Of a stretch of 64,000 nucleotides of DNA, positions 42,652-52,683 are shown one piece after another. This stretch comes from Candidatus Omnitrophota bacterium (GTDB taxonomy: Bacteria; Omnitrophota; Omnitrophia; Omnitrophales; Aquincolibacteriaceae): positions 173-64,172 of the forward strand of contig CAIOAT010000003.1 in assembly GCA_903856085.1 (NCBI GenBank). Reading direction: 5' to 3'. The notes beneath the pieces are model-generated. The model saw nothing but the letters and a program-made list of their open reading frames with translations. It made no database searches and was not told where the DNA came from. Made by a program: the position numbers and the translations under genes. Numbering within the stretch: the first letter of the stretch is position 1; the number at the start of each line of letters is the position of its first letter.

Positions 42652-44544
42652 ATGGAAATAAAATGGATCGATAAAATCAAGTGCCCGCAGGACCTCAAAC
42701 AGGTTCCTTTGGAAAAGCTTCCGGAGGTTGCCGAGGAGTACCGTCAATTTCTGATCGAATCCGTGGCCAAGACCGGCGGGCATTTGGGAGCGAGTCTCGG
42801 TGTTCTGGAGCTCTCGATCGCCCTGCATTATGTCCTGAATTCTCCCGAAGACAAGATCTGCTGGGATGTCGGGCATCAGGCCTATGTTCATAAAATGATC
42901 ACCGGACGTAAGGACCAGATGCACACCTTGCGCCAGCCCGGCGGGTTAAGTGGTTTTCCTGCTCCTTGGGAAAATATGCACGATCCTTTCATTGTCGGCC
43001 ATGCCGGAACCGCAATCTCACAGGCCCTCGGGCTTGCTGCTGCGCGTGATATCAAAAAAGGAAATGAAAAAGTCGTGGCTGTGGTCGGGGACGGTGCCAT
43101 GACCGCAGGACTTTCCTTCGAGGCGCTGAACAGCGCCGGCCAGCTGAAAAAGAATATGCTGATCATTCTCAATGACAATGAAATGTCGATCGCGAAGAAT
43201 GTGGGAGGGATGAGCCGTTATCTCAACCGTGTCATCACCAATCCCCTTTATAACCGCATCCGCGGGGAAGTTGAAAAACAGCTGAGCCGTTTTCCGCGAC
43301 TCAAGAAATTCTCAAACGTTTCCCTCGAGGGCATGAAACATCTTTTTGTGCCCGGGATTATTTTTGAGGAGTTGGGGTTTCGGTATTTCGGGCCTGCGGA
43401 CGGGCACGATGTTATTGGCTTGGTCAAGACCTTGCGCGATGTGCTTGCTCTCAACTCTTGCAGTTTTCTTCATGTCCTTACGAAAAAAGGGAGAGGTTGC
43501 GCGTTCGCGGAAAATGACGAGGAAAAGGGGCATGGGGTCGGGCCTTTCAACGTGAAGACCGGCGAGAAGATCGAGGTCTCATCTTCAAAAAATGATGGCG
43601 CGAGCGTGTCCTACACGCAAGCCTTCGCCGATGCTCTTTCCAAACAAGCGCGCCGGAATCCCAAGGTGGTCGCGATCACGGCGGCCATGCCGTCGGGTAC
43701 GGGGCTTTTGCATTTCCAGAAGGAATTTCCTGAGCGTTTCTTTGATGTCGGCATTGCGGAACAACATGCCGTATCTTTTGCGGGCGCTCTTGCGCGTGGC
43801 GGTTTGAAGCCGGTCGTCGCGATCTATTCGTCTTTCTTGCAACGCGCTCATGATTCGGTGATGCACGATGTGGCGCTGCAGAGACAAAGTATTGTGATGG
43901 GGATCGATCGAGCGGGTCTCGTCGGCGCCGATGGTGCCACCCACCAGGGGATCTTCGATCTCGCTTTTCTCGGATCCGTACCGGGCATTGTTCTCGCCTC
44001 GCCCATTGATGAGTATGAAATGGAAAAGATGATGGAGCTTGCCCTGAACCACCCAACGGCTTTCGCGATTCGCTATCCGCGTGCGAACATTCCCAAGATG
44101 TTCGACGCTTTTCCTAAGAAAGGCTTCGAGATCGGGGAAGGAGAGGTGCTCTTTGACGGCGAGGATGTGACGTTTCTTGCGCTCGGGAGCATGGTCGAAG
44201 CGGCCTGTAAAGCGCGTGCGCTTCTTGAAAAGGAAGGTGTTTCTGCCCGTGTTGTGAACATGCGTTTTGCCCGGCCTCTCGATGAACAACTGATCCTGGA
44301 TTCCCTCAAAAAAACGAAATTCCTTTTTACTCTGGAAGAACATGTTGCGACGGGCGGGTTCGGTTCCAAGGTTCTGGAGTTTTTAGAAGAAAAAAATATT
44401 CGGCATGTCCCGCTCAAACGCTTCGCCCTTCCGGATGAATTCATCGAACATGGCTCCCGCGATGCCCAGCTTGATGAATTCGGACTCTCTCCCGACAAGA
44501 TCACCGCGGCTGTTCTTAAAGAACTCAACCGCGTTATAAAATAG
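42652..44544 (+). CDS. dxs: 1-deoxy-D-xylulose-5-phosphate synthase
   Basis: TPP-binding region (…GHLGASLGVLELSIALHYV…GHQAY.HK…GDGAMTAG) and transketolase-like C-terminal domains. Confidence 0.9.
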   Translation: MEIKWIDKIKCPQDLKQVPLEKLPEVAEEYRQFLIESVAKTGGHLGASLGVLELSIALHYVLNSPEDKICWDVGHQAYVHKMITGRKDQMHTLRQPGGLSGFPAPWENMHDPFIVGHAGTAISQALGLAAARDIKKGNEKVVAVVGDGAMTAGLSFEALNSAGQLKKNMLIILNDNEMSIAKNVGGMSRYLNRVITNPLYNRIRGEVEKQLSRFPRLKKFSNVSLEGMKHLFVPGIIFEELGFRYFGPADGHDVIGLVKTLRDVLALNSCSFLHVLTKKGRGCAFAENDEEKGHGVGPFNVKTGEKIEVSSSKNDGASVSYTQAFADALSKQARRNPKVVAITAAMPSGTGLLHFQKEFPERFFDVGIAEQHAVSFAGALARGGLKPVVAIYSSFLQRAHDSVMHDVALQRQSIVMGIDRAGLVGADGATHQGIFDLAFLGSVPGIVLASPIDEYEMEKMMELALNHPTAFAIRYPRANIPKMFDAFPKKGFEIGEGEVLFDGEDVTFLALGSMVEAACKARALLEKEGVSARVVNMRFARPLDEQLILDSLKKTKFLFTLEEHVATGGFGSKVLEFLEEKNIRHVPLKRFALPDEFIEHGSRDAQLDEFGLSPDKITAAVLKELNRVIK

Positions 44545-44556
44545 GCGGCGACTTCG

Positions 44557-44769
44557 ATGGAAAAGATCTCTTTTTCGCTGGCGACGGAATTTATTGAGCT
44601 GTTCAAGCTTCTCAAGGTGACGGGCCTTTGCGATAGCGGGGGCATGGCGAAATGTGCCATCGCTCAATCGGAAGTGAAAGTGGACGGACAAGTTGAGACG
44701 CGCAAGGCTTGCAAGATCCGCAAGAGGCAGCAGGTGGAGTTTTGTGAGCAGATCATTTTTGTTGAATGA
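44557..44769 (+). CDS. S4-domain RNA-binding protein (YbcJ-like, ribosome-associated)
   Basis: …GGMAKCAIAQSEVKVDGQVETRKACKIRKRQQVEF… S4 fold, 70 aa. Confidence 0.55.
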   Translation: MEKISFSLATEFIELFKLLKVTGLCDSGGMAKCAIAQSEVKVDGQVETRKACKIRKRQQVEFCEQIIFVE

Positions 44770-44855
44770 GGTCGCGAATAAAAAGCTTTCTTGAAGGTGT
44801 GTCCAGGGAAGTTTAGAATAAAGCCGCTGTTATCTCTCAGAGGGGTGTTCACGAG

Positions 44856-45692
44856 ATGGAAAAAATTGGAATCGTCGTCAATCAGAAGAAAAAAGGCGCG
44901 CCGGAACTTTGCGAGAAACTCGAAGACTGGTTTGCGAAGCGGGATATTCCCGTCCAGGATTCTGCAACCGTATCGCTTGATGAGTTGATCGAAAGTTCAA
45001 CGCTTTTGGTCTGTCTCGGCGGGGATGGGACCATTCTTTCGGTGGTTAGCCGCATGAAAGTCCGCGTGGTGCCGATCCTCGGTGTGAATTTCGGGAAACT
45101 CGGATTTTTGACCGAGGCTAAGGCGGAAGAAATATTCGAAGAACTCAATGCGTATCTTCTTCAAAAGCCGGCGGTTGAGAAACGGCTTATGCTTTCCTGT
45201 ACCGTGAAGGGGAAAAAAACTGTTCAGGAACGGCGCTTTGTGGCGCTCAATGACATCGTGATCAGCCGTGAGGGATTGGCCCGTATTCTCCAGCTTGACG
45301 TTACGATTTCGGGAGAGAAGTTCACAAGCTTCCGGGGCGATGGGGTCGTGATCGCTTCGCCGACTGGTTCCACGGCCTATTCGCTTTCCGCGGGCGGTGC
45401 GGTGGTGCATCCCAAACTCGAAGCTATTCTCATTACACCCATATGTCCTCATGCCCTGAATCTGCGCGCTTTGGTAATCGGACCTGATGAGAAGATCACC
45501 ATCCGGATTCGTACGGAAAACCCCAACGAAAAAGCCCTCCTTACGGCTGACGGTCAAGAAAAGATCGAAATCGACGATAGCTATAGTGTCGAAGTAACCC
45601 GTTTCCACATGCCTCTGTCTTTGGTGAAGAGCACGAAGCGGAGTTATCTTCAGACGCTCAGGGAAAATTTCAAGTTCCCTGACTTCGAATAG
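44856..45692 (+). CDS. nadK: NAD kinase
   Basis: GGDGT motif (LVCLGGDGTILS), NE/D motif, conserved C-terminal …GSTAYSLSAGG…. Confidence 0.9.
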   Translation: MEKIGIVVNQKKKGAPELCEKLEDWFAKRDIPVQDSATVSLDELIESSTLLVCLGGDGTILSVVSRMKVRVVPILGVNFGKLGFLTEAKAEEIFEELNAYLLQKPAVEKRLMLSCTVKGKKTVQERRFVALNDIVISREGLARILQLDVTISGEKFTSFRGDGVVIASPTGSTAYSLSAGGAVVHPKLEAILITPICPHALNLRALVIGPDEKITIRIRTENPNEKALLTADGQEKIEIDDSYSVEVTRFHMPLSLVKSTKRSYLQTLRENFKFPDFE

Positions 45693-45748
45693 ACGGAAGC
45701 GTTTTCAGCACTTCCTCTCTCTAACGGGGTGAAGCCATCGTTAAACTG

Positions 45749-46105
45749 TTGATCGTCGATGACGAAAAAATGATCTGTGAGGAATTTCGCGAAACCCTCG
45801 AACAAGAAGGCCATCAGGTCGATTGCGCGCTAAACGGCAAAGAGGGCCTTCGGAAGATACAGACCAATCATTATAATCTCGTCTTTTTGGATTCCGCGAT
45901 GCCCTTTTTGGACGGGAAAAAGGTTCTGGAGCATATCCGGCATTTCAGTCGGGTGCCAGTGGCCCTGATCACCGGTTTTTTGACGGAATCCAAAGAAAAA
46001 GAGATTCTGCATCTTGGCGCGATGGTGTGCCTTCGCAAGCCCTTGGACCTTGACCGAGTCAAATCACTCATTCATACTGTGTCCCGCTCCACGCACCCTT
46101 CATAA
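45749..46105 (+). CDS. Single-domain response regulator (CheY-like receiver)
   Basis: LIVDDE…FLDSAMP…ALITG…LRKP. All canonical REC residues are present. Apparent TTG start. Confidence 0.75.
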   Translation: MIVDDEKMICEEFRETLEQEGHQVDCALNGKEGLRKIQTNHYNLVFLDSAMPFLDGKKVLEHIRHFSRVPVALITGFLTESKEKEILHLGAMVCLRKPLDLDRVKSLIHTVSRSTHPS

Positions 46106-46125
46106 ACGATAACCGATTATTGCCT

Positions 46126-47406
46126 ATGTCCGACATCCGAGTTCGTTTCGCGCCATCCCCGACAGGATACCTCCACATTGGAGGTGTCCGTACTGCACTT
46201 TTTAATTACCTTTATGCGCGTCAGCAGGGCGGAAAATTCCTGCTGCGCATTGAAGACACCGATCGTCAGCGCTCGACACCCGGATTTGAACAGGAAATCC
46301 TGGAATCGCTTCGCTGGCTCGGGCTTGAGTGGGATGAAGAACTGGTCCATCAAAGTAAGCGGCTTGACCGGTACCGTGAAATCGCTCAAGAGCTCGTCGC
46401 CAAAGGTCTTGCCTATGAATTTGAGGGAGCCATTAAGTTCAAGATCCCGCAGACCGTAGTCAAAGTCTATGACATCGTTCGCGGGGAAGTGACCTACGAC
46501 TCCAAAGAGTTCGATGACCTCGTGATCATGAAGTCTGACGGATATCCTGTCTTTCATCTGGCGGTGATCGTGGATGACCATGACATGGGGATCACGCACG
46601 TGGTGCGCGGGGAGGACCATCTGACCAATACGCCCCGGCATATCCTTCTTCAGCAGGCGCTCGGATGGAAATCGCCCAAGTACGCACATCTCCCGCTCAT
46701 TTTTGGTTCCGATGGTACTCCGCTTTCCAAGCGTCATGGCGCGGTTGCGGTGACAGAATATCGTAACAAGGGTTTTCTTCCGCAGGGGCTCATCAACTAT
46801 CTGGCGCTTCTTGGCTGGAATCCCGGGACGCCGCAGGAGATCTTTTCGCTTCCGGAACTTGTGAAGCAATTTTCTCTGAAGCGCGTGATCAAATCGAACG
46901 CGCAGTTCAATCCCGAAAAACTTCTCTGGGTGAATGGCCAGCATATTCGCGCGATCCCGGGAGAGGATTATGAAAAACAGATGACGGAATTTTGGAAGGA
47001 CAAGTTGGAGCCGATGCCGGAAGAAAAATGGCGGAAGCTGATCGCGCTTTACCGGCCACGTATCCAGACCTATGGTGAGTTGAAGGAGCAGGCGGTTTAT
47101 TGCTTTGCCAGCCCCGATTATAAAGACGCCGCCTTGATGGCCGAGATCAAAGGGAATGCCGTGACGGTGAAGTTGCTGGGTGAATTGCGCGATGTTCTCA
47201 GCGACCTTGGAGATTTTGAAGATGTGCAGATCCTGGATCAAAAGACAAAACAAGTGGCTGAGGCCGCGGGCCTGAAGCCCAAGGATATCATCCATCCCCT
47301 TCGCTTTGTCTTGACGGGCGGCACTGCGAGCCCCGGTATTTTTGAGCTCATGAGCCTTCTTGGAAAAGAGACCTGCTTAGAACGTCTCGTAAAATTCCTC
47401 ATTTAA
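46126..47406 (+). CDS. gltX: Glutamate--tRNA ligase
   Basis: RFAPSPTGYLHIGGVRTALFN… (HIGH) and a KMSKS-like LSKR region. ATG at residue 3 of the track ORF. Confidence 0.9.
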   Translation: MSDIRVRFAPSPTGYLHIGGVRTALFNYLYARQQGGKFLLRIEDTDRQRSTPGFEQEILESLRWLGLEWDEELVHQSKRLDRYREIAQELVAKGLAYEFEGAIKFKIPQTVVKVYDIVRGEVTYDSKEFDDLVIMKSDGYPVFHLAVIVDDHDMGITHVVRGEDHLTNTPRHILLQQALGWKSPKYAHLPLIFGSDGTPLSKRHGAVAVTEYRNKGFLPQGLINYLALLGWNPGTPQEIFSLPELVKQFSLKRVIKSNAQFNPEKLLWVNGQHIRAIPGEDYEKQMTEFWKDKLEPMPEEKWRKLIALYRPRIQTYGELKEQAVYCFASPDYKDAALMAEIKGNAVTVKLLGELRDVLSDLGDFEDVQILDQKTKQVAEAAGLKPKDIIHPLRFVLTGGTASPGIFELMSLLGKETCLERLVKFLI

Positions 47407-47473
47407 CCTGGTTTCAGTGTGCGTAGACCACACTGGGAGTGTGAAATAGGTCGTAATTTGATATAATCCATCC

Positions 47474-49159
47474 ATGGAAATGCCCACGACACCTTCTAAT
47501 TTCATACGCGATATTATTAATGCCGACATCGCGAGCGGCAAGAACAAGGGTCGCGTGCACACACGCTTTCCGCCCGAACCCAACGGTTACCTCCATATCG
47601 GTCACGCCAAGGCTATCTGCATCAGTTTCGGGATCGCCCGCGACTACCAAGGGCTCTGCAATCTCCGTTTTGACGATACCAATCCCGAAAAAGAGGAAGT
47701 CGAATACGTGGATTCCATCCGCGAGGATGTTCGCTGGCTCGGTTTTGATTGGGGTGAACGCGAGTATTATGCTTCGGATTATTTTGGTCAACTCTATGAA
47801 CACGCGCTCACGCTTATCAAAAATGGAAAAGCCTATGTCTGTGACCTAAGCCCGGACGAGCAGCGCCAGTATCGCGGGACTTTCAACGAGCCAGGCAGGA
47901 ACAGCCCTTTTCGTGATCGATCTCCGGAAGAAAACCTGAATCTTTTTGAAAGGATGAAAGCCGGGGAATTCCCAGATGGCGCGCGCGTTTTAAGAGCGAA
48001 GATCGATATGGCGTCTCCCAACATTACCATGCGCGATCCCACGATCTACCGGATCAAAAAGGCGTCGCATCATCGCACCGGCGACCAATGGTGCATCTAT
48101 CCGATGTATGACTTCACGCATTGTATCTCGGACTCCATCGAAGGGATCACGCATTCGATCTGCACGCTCGAGTTTGAGAATAACCGTCCGCTTTATGACT
48201 GGGTTCTCGACCAGCTTGGCATTCACCATCCTCAACAGATAGAGTTCGCCCGTCTCAACATCACTTACACACTCCTGAGCAAGCGAATTCTGTTGAAGCT
48301 TGTTCAACAGAAGATCGTGTCCGGCTGGAATGATCCGCGTATGCCCACGATTTCGGGATTCCGTCGGCGTGGCTATACGCCATCCGCTATCCGCGCGTTT
48401 TGTGACAAGATCGGCGTTGCGAAGTTCAACAGCACGATCGATATGGTATTGCTCGAGAATTCCATCAGGGAAGAACTCAATAAAACAGCGCCTCGCGTGA
48501 TGGCAGTCCTGGATCCTCTTAAGGTTGTTATCACGAATTATCCCGAGGGCAAGACCGAAGAAATGGAGGCCGTGAATAATCCCGAGGATCCGGCGGCCGG
48601 GACGCGCATACTGCCGTTCTCAAAAGAACTTTATATCGAGCGGGAAGATTTCCGTGAGGATGCGCCCAAGAAATTCTTCCGGCTTGTGCCGGGCGGGGAA
48701 GTACGACTGCGTTATGGGTATTTCATCAAATGCGAAAAGGTCGTCAAGGACGCAGCCGGCCGGATCACAGAACTTCACTGTACGTACGATCCCGAAACCC
48801 GCGGAGGGAATAATCCTCCGGACGGCCGGAAGGTGAAGGGTACGATCCATTGGGTTTCAGCTCACCATGCACTGAAGGCCGAAGTCCGGCTCTATGATCA
48901 TTTGTTTGCCGCAAAAGATCCAGGTGATGTTCCGGAAGGCCAGGATATTTTTGTGAATCTGAATCCTAAATCTCTGGAGACGGTTTCCGAGGCGCTTCTT
49001 GAGCCTAGCTTGAAGGATGCGAAACCCGGCGAGCGGTTCCAGTTCGAGCGGCTTGGCTATTTCTTCGCAGATCCCATCGATTCCAAGTCCGGTCACCCCG
49101 TTTTCAATCGCACCGTGACTTTACGCGATACGTGGGAGAAGATCGAGAAAAAGGGGTAA
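47474..49159 (+). CDS. glnS: Glutamine--tRNA ligase
   Basis: …[23 protein letters not shown]… (HIGH), plus a C-terminal anticodon-binding β-barrel region typical of GlnRS. Confidence 0.9.
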   Translation: MEMPTTPSNFIRDIINADIASGKNKGRVHTRFPPEPNGYLHIGHAKAICISFGIARDYQGLCNLRFDDTNPEKEEVEYVDSIREDVRWLGFDWGEREYYASDYFGQLYEHALTLIKNGKAYVCDLSPDEQRQYRGTFNEPGRNSPFRDRSPEENLNLFERMKAGEFPDGARVLRAKIDMASPNITMRDPTIYRIKKASHHRTGDQWCIYPMYDFTHCISDSIEGITHSICTLEFENNRPLYDWVLDQLGIHHPQQIEFARLNITYTLLSKRILLKLVQQKIVSGWNDPRMPTISGFRRRGYTPSAIRAFCDKIGVAKFNSTIDMVLLENSIREELNKTAPRVMAVLDPLKVVITNYPEGKTEEMEAVNNPEDPAAGTRILPFSKELYIEREDFREDAPKKFFRLVPGGEVRLRYGYFIKCEKVVKDAAGRITELHCTYDPETRGGNNPPDGRKVKGTIHWVSAHHALKAEVRLYDHLFAAKDPGDVPEGQDIFVNLNPKSLETVSEALLEPSLKDAKPGERFQFERLGYFFADPIDSKSGHPVFNRTVTLRDTWEKIEKKG

Positions 49160-49225
49160 TTACGGCGCTTGCGCCTAGGGCTCAAGTACCGCTTTGTGGA
49201 AGCTTTGGGAATGCTATCGACGAAG

Positions 49226-49296
49226 CTGGGGGACTAGGATTTGAACCTAGACTAGGTGATCCAGAGTCACCGGTGCTACCGTTACACCATCCCCCA
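49226..49296 (-). tRNA. tRNA-Gln (anticodon CTG)
   Basis: Reverse complement: UGGGGGA acceptor stem, D-arm GUGU/GCAC, anticodon stem-loop GGUGA-CUCUGGA-UCACC (CUG), T-arm CUAGG-UUCAAAU-CCUAG, discriminator G. Convergent, 67 nt after glnS. Confidence 0.8.
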
Positions 49297-49458
49297 ACGA
49301 AGGATATGAGATCAAACGGCGGGAAAAATCACGGGGATTATAGCGGGTCTTCAGCCTACCGACAAGAATTCTTCTCGAAGAAACGAATTTGAAATGGCGT
49401 AGCTTTCTATTTCCTCGCAAGTAGTCTAAAGCAGGCAACAGACGTCAGGATGAATTGC

Positions 49459-49698
49459 ATGAAGATTGGTAAAGAAGAACTGCTCGAAAAGTTGAAGAAG
49501 GCGTATGAAATGGAGGAGGTCATGGCGAATCTTTTGACCGCCTTGGCTATGCCGCATGTTTTTACCAGTAAAATCCACGAACAGGACAGGCAAAAGGTCC
49601 ACAAAATGCTCGCGATCATTCACGCGGATACTCTCAAACATAAAAAAATCGTGTCCGGAATGATGAAAAATCTTTCAGGGGGATCCTTTGGAGGTTAG
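49459..49698 (+). CDS. Small helical protein, 'A-type' domain (79 aa); paralogous to the N-terminal domain of the PilZ protein at 57305
   Basis: MKIGKEELLEKLKKAYEMEEVMANLL…IIHADTLKHKK… Two predicted helices. Aligns with MFTKEDYDKYFEQIARVERKMIYGV…DDEVRHYGYVLKML at 57305. AGGA lies 8 nt before the ATG at 49459. Confidence 0.5.
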   Translation: MKIGKEELLEKLKKAYEMEEVMANLLTALAMPHVFTSKIHEQDRQKVHKMLAIIHADTLKHKKIVSGMMKNLSGGSFGG

Positions 49699-51199
49699 TT
49701 TGCTGCTCGAGCAGCTGCGCCAATTAAAAGTTGCGGACCAGAACGCGCTGGATATTTACACCGGCCTGCAGTCTAAGGTTGAGGATAAAAAGATTCTCCT
49801 GTCATTGCAGCAACTTGTCCGCGATGAGTTGAAACATGTGGCGATGGAAAAAGAAATCCTGGCTATTCTCAAACAAGAGCAGCGGGTCTTTTTCTGGGGA
49901 GGAAAGAAAGAGGCGGAGGAATTCAAAGGGCTCTTTTCCAGGGCCAGCATCTATTTTACAGCGGGTAGTAAAAAAGAGCTTTTTCCCGGGACGCGGGACG
50001 GGAGGCCTTTTGATCTTGTGGTCTTGGACCTGGATAGTGAAGGGCACGTGAGCAATCCCAAGGCTGTCGCAGGTCTTGTTGGAAAGATCAGGAAAGCTCA
50101 CAAAAAGGTTGTGATTCTTTCATGTCGCAGGGACTTTAAATTGATCCGTGCGGCTTTCGAGGCCGGAACAAGCGACTACATTCTCAAACCCTTTAATCAG
50201 CGCGAGCTCAGCGCGAGGATCCTCGCCATTCTCGAGGGTAAAAAAAGAATCTGCTGTCTCGGAGGCGGAACCGGCCTTTTCACTCTGTTGAGCGCTCTTA
50301 AGACGCTTCCTGATATTCTCTTGATCTCACTTGTGAATATGAGCGATGACGGAGGATCCTCAGGACGGCTTCGGTCGTCGTTCGGGATTCTTCCCCCTGG
50401 CGATATCCGGCGTAGTCTTGTTGCGCTTTCGAACGCTCCTGAGGTCATGAATGAGTTGATTCGCTATCGATTCGATCGTGGGGGGGAGCTCCGTGACCAT
50501 TCACTCGGGAATCTTCTCCTGACGGGTCTTGCCGGGATGAAGGGGTCTATGGCCGAAGCGGTTCGAGCGATGGGGGATATCCTGAACATCCAGGGGATCG
50601 TGCTCCCGATCACTCAAACCATGACAGAGTTTGTCGCCCGTTTTGAAAATGGAAAAGTAATCCGCGGAGAAAGTCGGATCAGTCTTTGTGCGGGAAGAGA
50701 CCCGGCTCTGAAGATCCGCAAAGTATGGCACGAACCTCACGCTGAATGCGATGCAAGCTCCTACGCATCGATCCTTCATGCAGATGTTGTTATCATCGGT
50801 CCAGGGGACCTTTTTACGAGCGTGATCACGAACCTGGTGATCAGGAAGGTCAGCGAGGCGATTTCTCTTTCGCGGGCAAAAAAGATCTATATCTGTAATC
50901 TCATGACGCGGCCGGGCGAGACCTCAGGTCTTGATGCACGGGCGCATGTCAAAAGGGTCGTCGATGTGCTGGGAAGAGACCGCCTGAATTATGTCCTTGT
51001 TTCAAATACCCGGTTCTCCAAAGCCGCGATCGCGCGTTATGCAAAGCTAGACCAGCATCCGGTTTTGATAAATGAAAAAGAGGGGCTAGCGGGAATCACA
51101 AAGGCTAAGGAAATTCTTGCCGATATTGCCGACCAAAAGGAATTGGTCCGCCACGATCTTCAGAAGCTTCGTAATCAGCTTCTCCTGCTTCTTTCTTGA
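49688..51199 (+). CDS. Three-domain protein: N-terminal 'B-type' helical ExxH domain + atypical receiver (REC) + YvcK/GlmR/CofD-family (UPF0052) domain
   Basis: TTG start after GGGGGA. The N-terminus (M)EVSLLLEQLRQLKVADQNALDIYTGLQSK…VRDELKHVAMEKEIL is homologous to the small protein at 57079. REC-like FDLVVLDLD…ILSC…ILKPF lacks the N-terminal acidic pair. The YvcK domain has the hallmark CLGGGTGLFTLL…MSDDGGSSGRLR…PPGDIRRSLVALS. Confidence 0.7.
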   Translation: MEVSLLLEQLRQLKVADQNALDIYTGLQSKVEDKKILLSLQQLVRDELKHVAMEKEILAILKQEQRVFFWGGKKEAEEFKGLFSRASIYFTAGSKKELFPGTRDGRPFDLVVLDLDSEGHVSNPKAVAGLVGKIRKAHKKVVILSCRRDFKLIRAAFEAGTSDYILKPFNQRELSARILAILEGKKRICCLGGGTGLFTLLSALKTLPDILLISLVNMSDDGGSSGRLRSSFGILPPGDIRRSLVALSNAPEVMNELIRYRFDRGGELRDHSLGNLLLTGLAGMKGSMAEAVRAMGDILNIQGIVLPITQTMTEFVARFENGKVIRGESRISLCAGRDPALKIRKVWHEPHAECDASSYASILHADVVIIGPGDLFTSVITNLVIRKVSEAISLSRAKKIYICNLMTRPGETSGLDARAHVKRVVDVLGRDRLNYVLVSNTRFSKAAIARYAKLDQHPVLINEKEGLAGITKAKEILADIADQKELVRHDLQKLRNQLLLLLS

Positions 51200-51232
51200 C
51201 GCCCCGGCATGCAGCGCGCGCGATGAGCGTTA

Positions 51233-51904
51233 TTAGAGACACATCCGGTCATTGATATTGCGCAGGACGCGCAATCCCCTAAAACCTTCCGCATAGTGGA
51301 CCCGGCCCTGGACCCCTCTGAATGTTGCGTAGGCTCTGGCAATCTCCGTAATTTTCAGATTCTCGATGCTCGTTTTCTCAATTTGTGAGGCGTGTAATTC
51401 GAGCAGTTTGATCTTTTCAGGGAGGATGTCGGTGATATCAACGAAGATGTCAGGGATGAAATCCAGGCAACTAGGGGATTCATAAAAAAGGACCTCCTTG
51501 ACGTTGCGTGTTGCGGCGATCGTTGCGCGAGAGGCTGCGCGGTGGTCCTGATGGCTGTCATCAAAATGGTTGATCAAGACAATGTCTGGAGATACCGCCG
51601 TGACCGCGCCCTCGATCGTTCTTATGAGGTTCCTATCGTCATGCAATTCAGTATCGTGGTAGCCGCCCCAAATAATCTTTTTGACGCCAAGAGCTGCTGC
51701 GGCTCCTTCTTGTTCCAGTTTACGCGTTGCCGGATCTCCACCGACACATCCGTCGGTCAGGATTAACTGGTAGATCTGATTTCCCGCTTGTCCGTATCTT
51801 ACGAGAGTTCCGCCGCAGCCAAATTCAATATCATCCGGATGTGGACCGATCGCGAGAATATTCATGCCGGTTTTTTTTGGGGATAGCTCATGGTGTGATT
51901 CCAC
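51233..51904 (-). CDS. PIG-L/LmbE-family N-acetylglucosaminyl deacetylase
   Basis: AIGPHPDDIEFGCGGTL…HQDH… is a zinc-deacetylase signature. Cytoplasmic, with no signal peptide. GTG start in the track; an alternative ATG (MNIL…) is at 51865. Divergent from the EPS operon. Confidence 0.75.
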   Translation of the reverse strand: MESHHELSPKKTGMNILAIGPHPDDIEFGCGGTLVRYGQAGNQIYQLILTDGCVGGDPATRKLEQEGAAAALGVKKIIWGGYHDTELHDDRNLIRTIEGAVTAVSPDIVLINHFDDSHQDHRAASRATIAATRNVKEVLFYESPSCLDFIPDIFVDITDILPEKIKLLELHASQIEKTSIENLKITEIARAYATFRGVQGRVHYAEGFRGLRVLRNINDRMCL

Positions 51905-52077
51905 AGCGGGGTCCTCCGTTTGCGAGTGACAATAAAAGACAGCGCAGGATTATAGCATTAGCGTGTATAAGTTTTTAATCAAAAAAACAGCCATCGTTTA
52001 AGGTGCGCTTGTGTATAATGCAACATTCACATTTGACGGGTGTTTTGCCGTTCAACTATCGGGTAACGAAAACCCCT

Positions 52078-52683
52078 ATGAAGAAGGTCTTTTTTGGAGC
52101 GATGCTGGTTTTGATAGCGGCCGCCACGACGGGTGTTTATTACCTCACCCAAAAAGCCGACATCTACTACTACAAAGGGCATGATCTTTTCGTCAAGGCA
52201 AAGTATAAAGCCGCTGTTCAGCCCTTCCTTCAGTCCCTCTCAGAGGATCCGAAACGTTCCAAAACGCTAACGGAGCTCGGGTATTCTTACCTCTGGGCCG
52301 GAGATTATCCGGAGGCCATCCAAGTGTTCCAGAAACTGGTCGCACTTGAACCCGGAGCTTTTCGGGTGAAAAAATCATTGGCCAGCGCTTACTCCTGGAA
52401 TAAAGAATATGCGAAGGCCGAGGCGATTTTCCGGGAGGTTATTCGCGGAGACAAGAACGACCGGGATGCCCAAAAGGGATTGGCCGAGATTTATATTTGG
52501 GACAATCAATTTGACAAGGCAAAAGAGATCTTAACGGCCTTGCTCAAAAGCAATGCCGGGGACGCCCAGGCGAAGTTCCTTTACGGAAAAGCGCTGCTTT
52601 ATTCCGGGCACACGAAAGAAGCCCTCAAGATTTTCGAGGAGCTCTCAGGTGGTTCAAAACCCATCGCAAGGAAAACTCCATGA
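52078..52683 (+). CDS. TPR-repeat protein with N-terminal membrane anchor or signal peptide (first gene of EPS operon)
   Basis: MKKVFFGAMLVLIAAATTGVYYL, then about 4 TPR units. Its stop overlaps the next start (ATGA). Confidence 0.6.
   Translation: MKKVFFGAMLVLIAAATTGVYYLTQKADIYYYKGHDLFVKAKYKAAVQPFLQSLSEDPKRSKTLTELGYSYLWAGDYPEAIQVFQKLVALEPGAFRVKKSLASAYSWNKEYAKAEAIFREVIRGDKNDRDAQKGLAEIYIWDNQFDKAKEILTALLKSNAGDAQAKFLYGKALLYSGHTKEALKIFEELSGGSKPIARKTP

Noticed and set aside
49132-49392. ORF 49132..49392 (+), 86 aa
   Set aside because: It is read straight through the tRNA-Gln gene (GGLGFEPRLGDPESPVLPLHHPP is the translated tRNA), so it is spurious.
49450-51199. Apparent +1 frameshift between ORF 49450..49698 and ORF 49688..51199, which would make a single ferritin-like-REC-YvcK protein
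   Set aside because: The second ORF has its own TTG start behind a GGGGGA RBS. The same two-gene arrangement, a stand-alone small domain overlapping a fused partner, recurs at 57079/57305 with the domain order swapped. Two separate genes are therefore more likely than a sequencing error.
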